A stretch of DNA of 64,000 bases from an uncultured Desulfatibacillum sp. (GTDB lineage: Bacteria; Desulfobacterota; Desulfobacteria; Desulfobacterales; SpSt-501): assembly GCA_964427375.1 (NCBI GenBank), contig CAYRUF010000018.1, forward strand, positions 4,691-68,690, written 5' to 3'. Position 1 is the stretch's first letter; each line of letters starts with the position of its first letter. The translations under genes and the position numbers were made by a program. Below are positions 48,723-58,175 of the stretch, in pieces. The notes under the pieces were generated by a model that searched no databases, was not told the DNA's origin, and saw only the letters and a program-made list of their open reading frames with translations.

Positions 48723-51512
48723 TTAGGCATTCCGGCCGCACCCGCGCGCATCAAGGTGGGCGCGGGCGAACGCCAATTCGTCCTCGTAGGACTCGACGCG
48801 ACCGTTCAGCTTGGCATTGAAGACGGCCTGGAACACTTCTCGGAAGATCGGACCGGGGCTGACTCCGAGGCGCTTTAAATCCGCTCCCCGCAGGGCAATC
48901 GACATTCGGCGCAGGTTCGTGAAATACAGCGAGATCGCCTTCTTGACCTTTTCATGCTCGGTGGCCGCCATCATGAACAGAATCAGCTCCGTGCGCAGGC
49001 CGGCCAGCCGGTGGTGGAGCGTGCTGTTGTCGACCGGCAGATGGCGGACCAGCCAGTGCAGGGACTCCAGCGCTTTCGCGCGGCCGGCTACGCACAGCGC
49101 TTCCTGCCGCGGCGTCAACTCGAGGCGCCGGCAGATCTCCTGGGCCTGCGGCCGCGGGCAGCGGTGGATCAGGGCCAGAAAATAAACGGCCCACTTCATA
49201 TAGGATTCATCCAGAAAAAGCAAATCATGCCAGGCCACGACCTGGCGGACCGCATGGAGCAGGGCGATCACCGCCTTGTCGCAGCTCAGGGCGGGGTGGA
49301 CCACTTTGAGCAGGCCGAAGTCGTTCAACCGGGCGACGGCCGCGGCCGGGTTCTCCTCCTGCAGGATCAGCTGCAGTTCGTTGAACATCCGCCGGCCGGA
49401 CAGCTCGCGGAAAAAATCCATGCCCACGGCATTCTGGATCAGGCCGTGGGTCAGGCGGCTGATCGTGAAGCCGAAGCGCTGCTCGAAGCGGATGGCCCGG
49501 AACACCCGCGTGGGGTCCTCAACGAAGCTCAGGTTGTGCAGGACGCGGATGGATTTTTCCTTGATGTCCTTCTGCGCGTTGAAGAAGTCGATCAGCAGGC
49601 CGAAGCGGTCCGGGTTGAGCTGGATGGCCAGGGTGTTGATGGTGAAGTCCCGGCGGTAGAGATCCAGCTTGATCGAACTCATTTCCACCACCGGCAGGGC
49701 CGCCGGAAACTTGTAGTATTCCATGCGGGCCGAGGCCACGTCGATTTTGAAGCCGTCCGGAAAAATGATGACGGCCGTGCCGAATTTCTCGTGAGTGTGG
49801 ATGCGTGCGCCGGAAATCCGGGCGTATTTCTTGGCAAACGCAATCCCGTCGCCCTCGATCACGATGTCGATGTCTTCGTCGCCGCGATATAAAAAAAGGT
49901 CGCGAACGAACCCGCCCACGACGTAGGCGCCATATCCCAGCGTGGCGGCGACTTCGCCGACGGATCGGAGCAAATCCAGCAGGCGCGGCGCCAAGCGTTC
50001 GTGCATGAAGCGGGTCACGTTGCGCGTGCGGGGGTTGAAGGACTCACGCAGCGGCTCGGTGGACGCCTCGCCATCGGGATGCCGCTGGCCCACGAGCACG
50101 TTCAGCAGGTCGGTGCGCGTGATCACTCCGGCGATGTGCCCGTCCGCCATCACCGGCAGGATGCGCTGTTTGTTTTCGATGATCTTCTTTTGGATTTCGG
50201 ACAGGTCGGCATCCGGCCCGACGCTGGCCACTTCCGTATTCATATAGGTGCGCACCGAGGCCGCGCCCAGCTTGTGGAAGAGCGCCTTCTCGATCACCTG
50301 CCGGGTGATGTAGCCGCGCAGCTCGGCATGGCCGTCGGTTTTTTCGACGACCAGCAGCGCGTTGATGTTGTAACGGGTCAGCAGATGGTTGGCGCGCTCG
50401 CAGGAAATCTCGGGCTCCACCGAAATCGCCGGCGAGGACATCAGGTGCCGGGCGAGCCGACGGCCCTTGATTTTCTCGAACAAGATCTCCAGCAGCCGGT
50501 TTTCGGCCTGGGTCAGGGTCTGGCCCTTGACGGTGGCGGCCGCGGCGAAGGGATGCCCGCCGCCGCCCATCCGGCTCAGGATGGCCGCCACATCCACCTC
50601 GTCGATCCGGCTGCGGGCCACGATGTAGATTTTGGACTCCATCAGGGCCAGCGCAAAGATGACATCGAGGTTCTCCATCTTGGCCATTTTCTGGACCAGG
50701 AAAGCGAAATCCGGCACGTAGGTCTCGAGGGCGATGCTGGTCATGACCACTTCGATGCCGTTGACGTTCGAACGAACCGCCGCCTGGATCATGTCGTGGA
50801 GCAGGGCCACTTGATCGGGGTTGAGCTCGCGGGCGATCAGGTCGGAGACGACGTTCAAGTTGGCGCCCTTGGACAGCAGGAACGCGGCGGCCAGAAAATC
50901 GCGGTCGGTCGTGGAGGCATAGGTGAACGAGCCGGTGTCCTCGTACAATCCCAGGCACATGATCGTGGCTTCGTCGGACGAGATCGGCACGCCGCGGGCA
51001 CGGATCGCCTCGATCAGGATGGTCACATTGGCGCCGGTCGCCTCACAGACCTCCAGGCTGCCGCGGATATCATGGTCGGAGGCGGGATGGTGGTCATAGA
51101 TGTGAATCTCGACGTCGGGCCGGCCGACCAGTTCGGCGAGCTTGCCGATGCGGCCGATGTGGCGGGTATCCACCAGCACGAGCCTTCGAACCTGGTCCAG
51201 ATCGATCGAATGGATGTCGGCCATGTTGAAGAGATACACCATCGTGCTGATAAAAAAATTCCTCAGGTTTTTTTCCTGGGCGCCCGGAAACACGACGCGC
51301 GCCTCGGGGTAGAGCTTCTGGGCTGCCAGGAGCGAGGCCAGGGCGTCGAAATCCGCATTGATATGGGTCGTGATGACCGTCTGCGCGGAAGCGGGATCGA
51401 GTCGGGTCTCGGTGTTGTTCAATGCCCGGTTTCTCCGTTTCAGGGCGATGACTGCGCGCGGACAGGGCCGCTGCGGAGCCATCAGCCTACCATATTCGCT
51501 GATGAAATCCAA
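48723..51512 (-). CDS. Multidomain DHH/DHHA1 phosphoesterase - CBS pair - class II nucleotidyltransferase (poly(A) polymerase / CCA-adding family) fusion protein
   Basis: DHH motifs are HINADFDALAS and IYDHHP, and DHHA1 is GGGGHPFAAAA. A CBS pair spans SSPAISVEP...ALLVVEK and PVMADGHIAGVITRTD. The NTase head is GAYVVGGFVRDLFL...DIDIVIEGD, with RRDFTINTLA and EDPTRVFRAIRF also present. The start may be 51512 or ATG 51482. Confidence 0.85.
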   Translation of the reverse strand: MDFISEYGRLMAPQRPCPRAVIALKRRNRALNNTETRLDPASAQTVITTHINADFDALASLLAAQKLYPEARVVFPGAQEKNLRNFFISTMVYLFNMADIHSIDLDQVRRLVLVDTRHIGRIGKLAELVGRPDVEIHIYDHHPASDHDIRGSLEVCEATGANVTILIEAIRARGVPISSDEATIMCLGLYEDTGSFTYASTTDRDFLAAAFLLSKGANLNVVSDLIARELNPDQVALLHDMIQAAVRSNVNGIEVVMTSIALETYVPDFAFLVQKMAKMENLDVIFALALMESKIYIVARSRIDEVDVAAILSRMGGGGHPFAAAATVKGQTLTQAENRLLEILFEKIKGRRLARHLMSSPAISVEPEISCERANHLLTRYNINALLVVEKTDGHAELRGYITRQVIEKALFHKLGAASVRTYMNTEVASVGPDADLSEIQKKIIENKQRILPVMADGHIAGVITRTDLLNVLVGQRHPDGEASTEPLRESFNPRTRNVTRFMHERLAPRLLDLLRSVGEVAATLGYGAYVVGGFVRDLFLYRGDEDIDIVIEGDGIAFAKKYARISGARIHTHEKFGTAVIIFPDGFKIDVASARMEYYKFPAALPVVEMSSIKLDLYRRDFTINTLAIQLNPDRFGLLIDFFNAQKDIKEKSIRVLHNLSFVEDPTRVFRAIRFEQRFGFTISRLTHGLIQNAVGMDFFRELSGRRMFNELQLILQEENPAAAVARLNDFGLLKVVHPALSCDKAVIALLHAVRQVVAWHDLLFLDESYMKWAVYFLALIHRCPRPQAQEICRRLELTPRQEALCVAGRAKALESLHWLVRHLPVDNSTLHHRLAGLRTELILFMMAATEHEKVKKAISLYFTNLRRMSIALRGADLKRLGVSPGPIFREVFQAVFNAKLNGRVESYEDELAFARAHLDARGCGRNA

Positions 51513-51786
51513 ATCGGCCCCGGCCGGCGGGGAGCGGCCGCAGCATAGACTTTAACCAATTGAAATAGCAATAAATAAATACGATTTTGGATAGCCCCGC
51601 CACCGGGCCACCCCGGCCAGGGCGCCGGCGCCCCGCCGTTTTCGTCGCATTCCGCCTCAAAATGCTCAAGTTTTTTAAGGCCCAGCCGATAAACCATCAA
51701 ACACCCCACTTATTCGATAGCCGGATCTCGCTTCGATCGAACTATTATTGGGCCGTTGCGTATGGTCGACTAGGGAGGATGTGCGC

Positions 51787-52995
51787 ATGCCAGTCTATCA
51801 ATGGATAGGTAAAAACCGATCAAACAAGGTTCAAAAAGGCGAGATGGAGGCCCAGAGCGAAGACGCCGTCCGCGCCAGCCTGGTCCGCCAAAAGATCACC
51901 CCCAGCCGGATCAAGCAAAAGCCCAAGGATCTGTTTGAAAACATCCAGTTTCTGCAGCCGAAGGTCAAAGAAGCCGACATCATTCTGTTCGCCAGGCAGT
52001 TTTCCACCATGATCGATGCCGGTTTGCCGATCATCCAATGCCTGGACATATTGTACAACCAGCAGAAGAACACCACCTTCAAAAAAATGCTGAAGCAGAT
52101 CAAGGAGTCCGTTGAAGGGGGCGCCACCCTTGCCGAAGCACTCAAGAAGTTCCCCAAACACTTCGATGACTTGTTTGTCAACATGATCGCCGCCGGCGAA
52201 GCGGGCGGTATTCTGGATGCCATCCTGAGGCGACTGGCCGCCTATATGGAAAAGGCGGCCCGACTGAAGGCGAAGGTCAAGGGCGCCATGACCTACCCAT
52301 TGGTGACCCTGGCCATTGCGATCATCGTGCTGGCGGTCATTCTGGTTTTCGTCATCCCGGTCTTCGAAGAGATGTTCGCCGACTTCGGCAGCGAACTGCC
52401 GGCGCCCACCCAATTCGTCGTTGCCATGAGCGACCTGGTGAAGTCCAAAATCCTGTACCTCATCGGCGCCGGCATCCTGTTCATGATCGCCTACAAGAAA
52501 TATTATGCCACCGAAAAGGGGCGCGATATGATCGACGCCCTCGTGCTGAAGCTGCCGGTTTTCGGCATGCTGCTGCGCAAGGTGGCGGTGGCGAAGTTCA
52601 CGCGCACCATGGGCACCATGCTGGGCAGCGGCGTGGCCATTCTAGAGGCGCTGGACATCGTCGCCAAAACCTCCGGAAACCGCACCATCGAGAAAGCCAT
52701 CTACAACGTGCGTTCCGGGATCGCCGAAGGCCGGACGATGGCCGATCCGCTGAACGAAAGCGGGGTGTTCCCGCCCATGGTCTGCCAGATGATATCGGTG
52801 GGGGAGTCCACCGGCGCGCTGGATGCGATGCTGGAAAAAATAGCCGATTTCTACGATGAGGAAGTGGACCAGGCGGTGGACAACATGACCGCCCTGATCG
52901 AACCGATCATGCTGGTGTTCCTCGGCGTGACGATCGGCGGGTTGGTCATCGCCATGTACCTGCCGATTTTCAAGATGGCCGGCGCCATCCAGTAG
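51787..52995 (+). CDS. pilC: Type IV pilus assembly platform protein PilC (GspF family)
   Basis: Two GspF repeats are present (FARQFSTMIDAGLPIIQCL and FTRTMGTMLGSGVAILEAL), with C-terminal LVIAMYLPIFKMAGAI. The start is at ATG 51787 after GGGAGGA. Confidence 0.9.
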   Translation: MPVYQWIGKNRSNKVQKGEMEAQSEDAVRASLVRQKITPSRIKQKPKDLFENIQFLQPKVKEADIILFARQFSTMIDAGLPIIQCLDILYNQQKNTTFKKMLKQIKESVEGGATLAEALKKFPKHFDDLFVNMIAAGEAGGILDAILRRLAAYMEKAARLKAKVKGAMTYPLVTLAIAIIVLAVILVFVIPVFEEMFADFGSELPAPTQFVVAMSDLVKSKILYLIGAGILFMIAYKKYYATEKGRDMIDALVLKLPVFGMLLRKVAVAKFTRTMGTMLGSGVAILEALDIVAKTSGNRTIEKAIYNVRSGIAEGRTMADPLNESGVFPPMVCQMISVGESTGALDAMLEKIADFYDEEVDQAVDNMTALIEPIMLVFLGVTIGGLVIAMYLPIFKMAGAIQ

Positions 52996-53039
52996 CGGAT
53001 TCGGAGAACGGCGTCCCCAACGCCCCCAAACGGATTGGG

Positions 53040-53079
53040 CTTAAAGGCCGTCTGATGGCGGACGGCCTTTAAGCCTTTT
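53040..53079 (+). terminator. Intrinsic terminator after pilC
   Basis: A 13-bp perfect stem pairs CTTAAAGGCCGTC with GACGGCCTTTAAG around an 8-nt loop, followed by CCTTTTG. Confidence 0.75.
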
Positions 53080-53103
53080 GTGCCGAATCCGCGGGAAGCG
53101 CGC

Positions 53104-54447
53104 ATGAATTTCGAATACGACCTCAGAAGCTGGCTCCAGAAGCTGATGGGCGCCCGGCTCCTGTTTTCGTGCCTGCTGCTCGGGTCCACGGCTTTTCTGG
53201 AGTTCCACCGGCCGCGCCCTCCGGAAGCGGATCCGCTGTCTATCCTCTACGGGCTGATCGGGGTTATTTTCTTTCTGTCCCTGGCATACGCCATCGCCTT
53301 GAAGCAGGTTCAAAACCTGCGAGCGTTCGCGCATCTCCAAACCGTCGTCGACAGCCTGCTCGTTACGGCCATTCTGCATGTGACCGGCGGCTTTTCGAGC
53401 CTCTTTTCATTCCTATACCTGGTGGTGGTCGTTTACTCCAGTCTGCTGCTGCCGCGCCGCAGCACGGTGCTGATCGCCGCACTCTGCGGCTTTCAGTACG
53501 GCCTGCTGGTGGATCTCGAATACTACGGCTTATTGAAGCCGTTCGACAACCAGGGCCATGCGCTGGCGGGGGTCATCGGCGCGGATCAGGCCCTTTACAA
53601 GATGGCGATCATCATGACCGCTTGCGTCGTCGTGGCGCTGCTGAGCAGCTTCCTATCCGAGCAGGCCTTGAATACCCGGAGGGAGCTGCGAATCATGGCG
53701 CAGCAGGTCAAGCGGGTCGAGAAACTGGCGGCCGTGGGGGAGATGGCGGCCGGCCTGGCCCACGAGATCAAGAACCCGCTCGCATCCATTACGGGTGCGA
53801 TCGAACTGCTGCGCGATGAAATCCGGCCCGACCCCGATCACGACCGCTTGATGCAGATCATTCTGCGCGAGGCCGACCGGCTGAGCGCATTGGTCGGCAA
53901 TTTTCTGATGTATGCCCGGCCGCCCTCCGGGAAACCCGAACCCATCGACCTGGAGAGGGCCGTGCGCGAGACCGCCGAGCTTTTCGGCAAGAAAGGCGGC
54001 GTGGACGGCCGGGTCGCGTTGCGCATCCAGACCCAGCCGGGAATTTGGATCGACATGGACGCCGCCCACCTGCGGCAAGTGCTGTGGAATCTGCTGATCA
54101 ATGCCGCGGAAGCCATTGAATCGCGCGGGGAGATCCGTATCGAGCTGTCCGTCGCCAAAGACCGCCAGGTCTGTCTGCGGATCGGCGATACCGGCTCGGG
54201 GATGCCTCCGGAAACGCTCCAGTCGATTTTCAATCCTTTTTTCACCACCAAACCCAATGGCACCGGACTGGGACTGTCCATCGTCCACCGCATTCTCGAT
54301 GCATACGGCTGCCGGGTGGATGTCGACAGCGCCCCGGGCCGCGGAACCCGGTTCAGTCTCTATTTCCGGCCGATTGAAAGGCCCGCTTCAACCGCAACGG
54401 CGCATCGGCCCGGCATAATTCTTGACAGCCCTTCCCAAATAAGCTAG
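53104..54447 (+). CDS. PilS-like membrane sensor histidine kinase
   Basis: About 6 N-terminal TM helices are followed by HisKA (AAGLAHEIKNPLASI) and HATPase_c (NLLINAAEA, DTGSGMP, GTGLGLSIVHRIL). There is no cognate response regulator gene adjacent. Confidence 0.8.
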   Translation: MNFEYDLRSWLQKLMGARLLFSCLLLGSTAFLEFHRPRPPEADPLSILYGLIGVIFFLSLAYAIALKQVQNLRAFAHLQTVVDSLLVTAILHVTGGFSSLFSFLYLVVVVYSSLLLPRRSTVLIAALCGFQYGLLVDLEYYGLLKPFDNQGHALAGVIGADQALYKMAIIMTACVVVALLSSFLSEQALNTRRELRIMAQQVKRVEKLAAVGEMAAGLAHEIKNPLASITGAIELLRDEIRPDPDHDRLMQIILREADRLSALVGNFLMYARPPSGKPEPIDLERAVRETAELFGKKGGVDGRVALRIQTQPGIWIDMDAAHLRQVLWNLLINAAEAIESRGEIRIELSVAKDRQVCLRIGDTGSGMPPETLQSIFNPFFTTKPNGTGLGLSIVHRILDAYGCRVDVDSAPGRGTRFSLYFRPIERPASTATAHRPGIILDSPSQIS

Positions 54448-54691
54448 TTGAAAAAATTAAACTGGTATCGGCGTTCGTGCCGGAACGCTGCAACCCGCGG
54501 CTTTCCGGCGCCGCATGATCTTTCGCTGGAGCGGCTGCAGGCGCGGCCTGATGGTTCGGGAAGGCGACCGGTGCCCGCAAACGGGCGGGGCGTCCAGGTC
54601 GGTGGACGACGGCCAGCCTGAAGCGGCCCCATCCCCCGCGCGCCTTCCGATTCGCCCAGCTCGTCCCATCGCGGCTCAACTATCGGAGACT

Positions 54692-56170
54692 ATGGATACC
54701 ATCAGCGACGTTGTTCAGAAACGTTACGAAAAAGTCGAGGCGCTGAAGCGCAACGGAGTCAGTCTGTATCCGAACGATTTCCACGTGTCTCATGCCATCG
54801 GCGAGATTCTGGCGGTCGTCCAGGCCGCCCCGGACACCCTCACCGAGCAGGGCCCCTTCTTCGACATCGCCGGACGGCTGATGGCCGTCAATCACTTCGG
54901 AAAGGCCGCTTTCGTCCGGGTGCGGGATCGTTCGGGGCAGCTGCAGGCCTATATCCGCCGGGACCGCATCGGGGAGGAGGCCTTTGCGCTCTTCAAACAG
55001 CTGGACATCGGCGATTTCGTGGGGCTCCGAGGCACGCTGTTTCAAACCCGGACCGGGGAATGGACCCTGCTGGGCGTTTCGCTGCGGCTGCTGTCCAAAG
55101 CGCTGCGCCCGCTGCCGGAGAAGTTCCACGGGCTCAAGGATCCGGAGAAGCGTTATCGCCAGCGGTACGTCGATCTGGTCATGAACGCCGAGGTGCGGGA
55201 ATTGTTCAGCCGGCGCAGCCGGATGATTCAGGAGATCCGGTCGTTCTTTCTGGAGCGGGAGTTTCTGGAAGTGGAAACGCCCATGATGCAGCCGATTCCC
55301 GGCGGGGCCGAGGCCACGCCTTTCAAGACCCACCACCAGGCCCTGGGGATGGACCTTTATCTGCGCATCGCTCCCGAGCTCTATTTGAAACGTCTGGTGG
55401 TGGGCGGGTTTGAGCGGGTTTTCGAAATCAACCGCAACTTCCGGAACGAGGGCATTTCGACGCAGCACAACCCGGAGTTCACCATGCTTGAATTCTACCA
55501 GGCCTACGCCACGTATTCCGACCTGATGGAACTGACGGAAGAGTTGTTGGCGCGCGTGGCCACGGCCGTCACCGGCGCCGCAACCGTGGTCTACCAGGGC
55601 CAGCCGATCGTTTTCAACGGGCGGTGGCGGCGCCTCTCGCTCTATGACGCGCTGGTGGAGATCGGAGACATTCCGCGCGGCATCCTTCACGATCGCGAAC
55701 AGCTGCTTGCGCTGGCGGCGCAGCGCCAGGTGACGGTCACCAAGACGGGCAAGCTGGGCAAGGTGATCACCAAGCTTTTCGACGCGCTGGTGCAGCCGCA
55801 TCTGATTCAGCCCACCTTCATCACCGGATACCCGGCCGAGGTCTCGCCGCTGTCGCGGCGCAGCGACCAAACGCCCGATCTGACCGAGCGCTTTGAGCTG
55901 TTCATCGGGGGCCGGGAGATCGCCAACGGGTTCTCCGAACTGAACGATCCGATCGACCAACGGGCGCGGTTCCTGCAGCAGGTCAGCGAGCGAGCGGCCG
56001 GAGACGCCGAGGCTCACTGGATGGACGAGGATTACATTGAAGCCCTGGAATACGGCATGCCGCCGACCGCCGGGGAAGGGGTCGGCATCGACCGCCTCGC
56101 CATGCTGCTGACCGATGCGCCGTCGATTCGGGAGGTGATCCTCTTTCCGCACATGAAGCCGCGCGAGTGA
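54692..56170 (+). CDS. lysS: Lysine--tRNA ligase (class II)
   Basis: RYRQRYVDLVMN, FLEVETPMMQ, FRNEGIS..HNPEFTMLEFY and GIGIDRLAMLL are present. The start is at ATG 54692; the ORF track extension from 54515 was rejected. Confidence 0.95.
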   Translation: MDTISDVVQKRYEKVEALKRNGVSLYPNDFHVSHAIGEILAVVQAAPDTLTEQGPFFDIAGRLMAVNHFGKAAFVRVRDRSGQLQAYIRRDRIGEEAFALFKQLDIGDFVGLRGTLFQTRTGEWTLLGVSLRLLSKALRPLPEKFHGLKDPEKRYRQRYVDLVMNAEVRELFSRRSRMIQEIRSFFLEREFLEVETPMMQPIPGGAEATPFKTHHQALGMDLYLRIAPELYLKRLVVGGFERVFEINRNFRNEGISTQHNPEFTMLEFYQAYATYSDLMELTEELLARVATAVTGAATVVYQGQPIVFNGRWRRLSLYDALVEIGDIPRGILHDREQLLALAAQRQVTVTKTGKLGKVITKLFDALVQPHLIQPTFITGYPAEVSPLSRRSDQTPDLTERFELFIGGREIANGFSELNDPIDQRARFLQQVSERAAGDAEAHWMDEDYIEALEYGMPPTAGEGVGIDRLAMLLTDAPSIREVILFPHMKPRE

Positions 56171-56212
56171 CGGCTTTGCCGCAAGCTCAATAGGATGGGT
56201 TGAATAGAGATC

Positions 56213-57451
56213 ATGTCTTTTGAATATTTCATCGGCGGCCGCTATCTGAGGGCCAAGCAGAAGCAGGCGTTCATTTCGCTGATCACCTACCTGTCCATTG
56301 CGGGCGTGGCGGTCGGGGTCATGGCCCTGATCGTGGTCATCGCGGTGATGGCCGGATTTGAGGCCGACCTCAAGGCGCGGATTCTCGGCGGCCAGGCCAA
56401 CGTGATCCTGCTGAGATACAGCGGCCCCTTCGAAGAGTACCGGGAGGTGATGCGCCGGGTCGATGCGATGCCGGGGGTGGCGGCCTCTACGCCGTTCATA
56501 TACAGCCAGGTCATGCTGCGGACGGCGGCCAACACCACCGGCGCCGTGCTGCGGGGGATCGATCCGGCCTCCATCGGCGGCGTCCTGAAAACGCTCGAGC
56601 ACGTGAAGCTGCCGGCAACCGCACCGATCGGCGGCTCGGAACAGCCCGGCGGCGCGCTGCCCGGAATCGTCCTCGGACGGGAGTTGGCCAAGAACCTCGG
56701 CGTCGTCCCGGGGGACGTGGTTCACCTGATCTCCCCGCGCGGCATGCTGGCGCCCACCGGCCATGTGCCGGCCATGAAACCCTTCCGGGTCAGCAGCTAC
56801 TTCGAGTCCGGGATGTACGAGTTCGACCAGACCTTCGCCTACATCCAACTCGCCGACGCCCAGCGCCTGCTGCGCATGGGGGACGCGGTGACGGGGGTGG
56901 AAGTGCGCGTCGACGACATTTACCAGGCCCGCGAGGTGGCCGATGCGATCGTTGCCCAGCTGGGCAGTGCGTACTACGCTCGGGACTGGATGCAGATGAA
57001 CCGCAACCTCTTCAAGGCCCTCAAACTGGAACGGCGCGTGATGTTCATCATCTTGACGCTGATCGTTCTCGTGGCCGCATTCAACATCGCCAGCTCGCTG
57101 ATCATGATGGTGATGGGCAAAACCAGGGACATCGCGATTCTCAAGGCCATGGGCGCCACCAACCGCAGCATCCGTAAAATCTTCGTTTTCAACGGGATGG
57201 TGATCGGCGCGATCGGCACCAGCCTGGGGTTGGTTTTGGGCGTGGTTCTGTGCAGCCTGCTCAAGCAATACAACATCCATGAGCTGACCGGCGACATCTA
57301 TTACTTTACGACTCAGTTGCCGGTCAAGATGGAGGCGGTAGACGTGGTCTGCATCGTGGCGGCCGCGCTGGCGATCTGTTTTTTGGCGACGATCTACCCC
57401 GCCCGCCAGGCGGCCCGGTTGAACCCGGTGGAGGCGATCCGCTATGGTTGA
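56213..57451 (+). CDS. Lipoprotein-releasing ABC transporter permease (LolC/LolE family)
   Basis: MSFEYFIGGRYLRAKQKQAFISLITYLSIAGVAVGV is followed by a MacB-like periplasmic domain and a FtsX C-terminal domain (AFNIASSLIMMVMGKTRDIAILKAMGA). Confidence 0.88.
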   Translation: MSFEYFIGGRYLRAKQKQAFISLITYLSIAGVAVGVMALIVVIAVMAGFEADLKARILGGQANVILLRYSGPFEEYREVMRRVDAMPGVAASTPFIYSQVMLRTAANTTGAVLRGIDPASIGGVLKTLEHVKLPATAPIGGSEQPGGALPGIVLGRELAKNLGVVPGDVVHLISPRGMLAPTGHVPAMKPFRVSSYFESGMYEFDQTFAYIQLADAQRLLRMGDAVTGVEVRVDDIYQAREVADAIVAQLGSAYYARDWMQMNRNLFKALKLERRVMFIILTLIVLVAAFNIASSLIMMVMGKTRDIAILKAMGATNRSIRKIFVFNGMVIGAIGTSLGLVLGVVLCSLLKQYNIHELTGDIYYFTTQLPVKMEAVDVVCIVAAALAICFLATIYPARQAARLNPVEAIRYG

Positions 57452-58175
57452 GGGCCGGCCGTTTCAGGAAGAGGACCGCCGCCCGCCGCGGCGACGCCCC
57501 GATCTCATCACCGCGCGCGGTCTGTGCAAGCGGTTCCGGAACGGCGGAACCGAGGTGGACGTGCTCCAGGGCCTGGACCTGGACCTGCATCCGGGGGAAA
57601 CCCTTGCCATCATCGGGGCCTCCGGGATCGGAAAGTCCACCCTGCTGCACATTCTCGGCACGCTGGACCGGCCGGACAGCGGCAGCCTGCGCTTCAACCA
57701 GGACAGCCTTTTCGATTACCCCGAAGAGCGGCTGGCGAAATTCCGCAATGAATGCATCGGGTTCGTGTTCCAGTTCCATCACCTTCTGCCCGAGTTCAGC
57801 GCACTGGAAAACACCATGCTGCCCGGCCTCATCCAGGGCTGGAGCAAATCGAGGGCGGCAGCGGCCGCCCGGGAGATTCTGGTGCGGGTCGGATTGAAGG
57901 ACCGCCTCGGATACCGGGTCGGCAAGCTCTCGGGCGGCGAGCAGCAGCGGGTGGCCCTGGCGCGCGCCCTGCTGCTCAAGCCCCCCGTCCTGCTCGCCGA
58001 CGAGCCCACCGGCAACTTGGACCGGGTCAACAGCGAACAGGTTCATCGGCTGTTGATCGAACTCAACGAAGAATTCGGAATGACCCTGGTCGTGGTCACC
58101 CACAACCTGGATCTGGCCGCCCGGATGTCCCGGCGGGTGACGCTGGCGGACGGACGGCTGGCGCCGGTGCCATGA
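57444..58175 (+). CDS. lolD: Lipoprotein-releasing ABC transporter ATP-binding protein LolD
   Basis: Walker A is GASGIGKST, the signature is LSGGEQQRVALARAL, and Walker B is LLADEPTGNLD. It overlaps the lolC/E stop by 8 nt. Confidence 0.9.
   Translation: MVEGRPFQEEDRRPPRRRPDLITARGLCKRFRNGGTEVDVLQGLDLDLHPGETLAIIGASGIGKSTLLHILGTLDRPDSGSLRFNQDSLFDYPEERLAKFRNECIGFVFQFHHLLPEFSALENTMLPGLIQGWSKSRAAAAAREILVRVGLKDRLGYRVGKLSGGEQQRVALARALLLKPPVLLADEPTGNLDRVNSEQVHRLLIELNEEFGMTLVVVTHNLDLAARMSRRVTLADGRLAPVP

Noticed and set aside
54448-54691. A possible T-box or lysine (L-box) riboswitch in the 244-nt region upstream of lysS.
   Set aside because: I could not find a T-box sequence (AGGGUGGNACCGCG-like), a specifier-loop architecture or conserved L-box helices. 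The region is GC-rich and featureless by eye, and would need a covariance-model scan to exclude fully.
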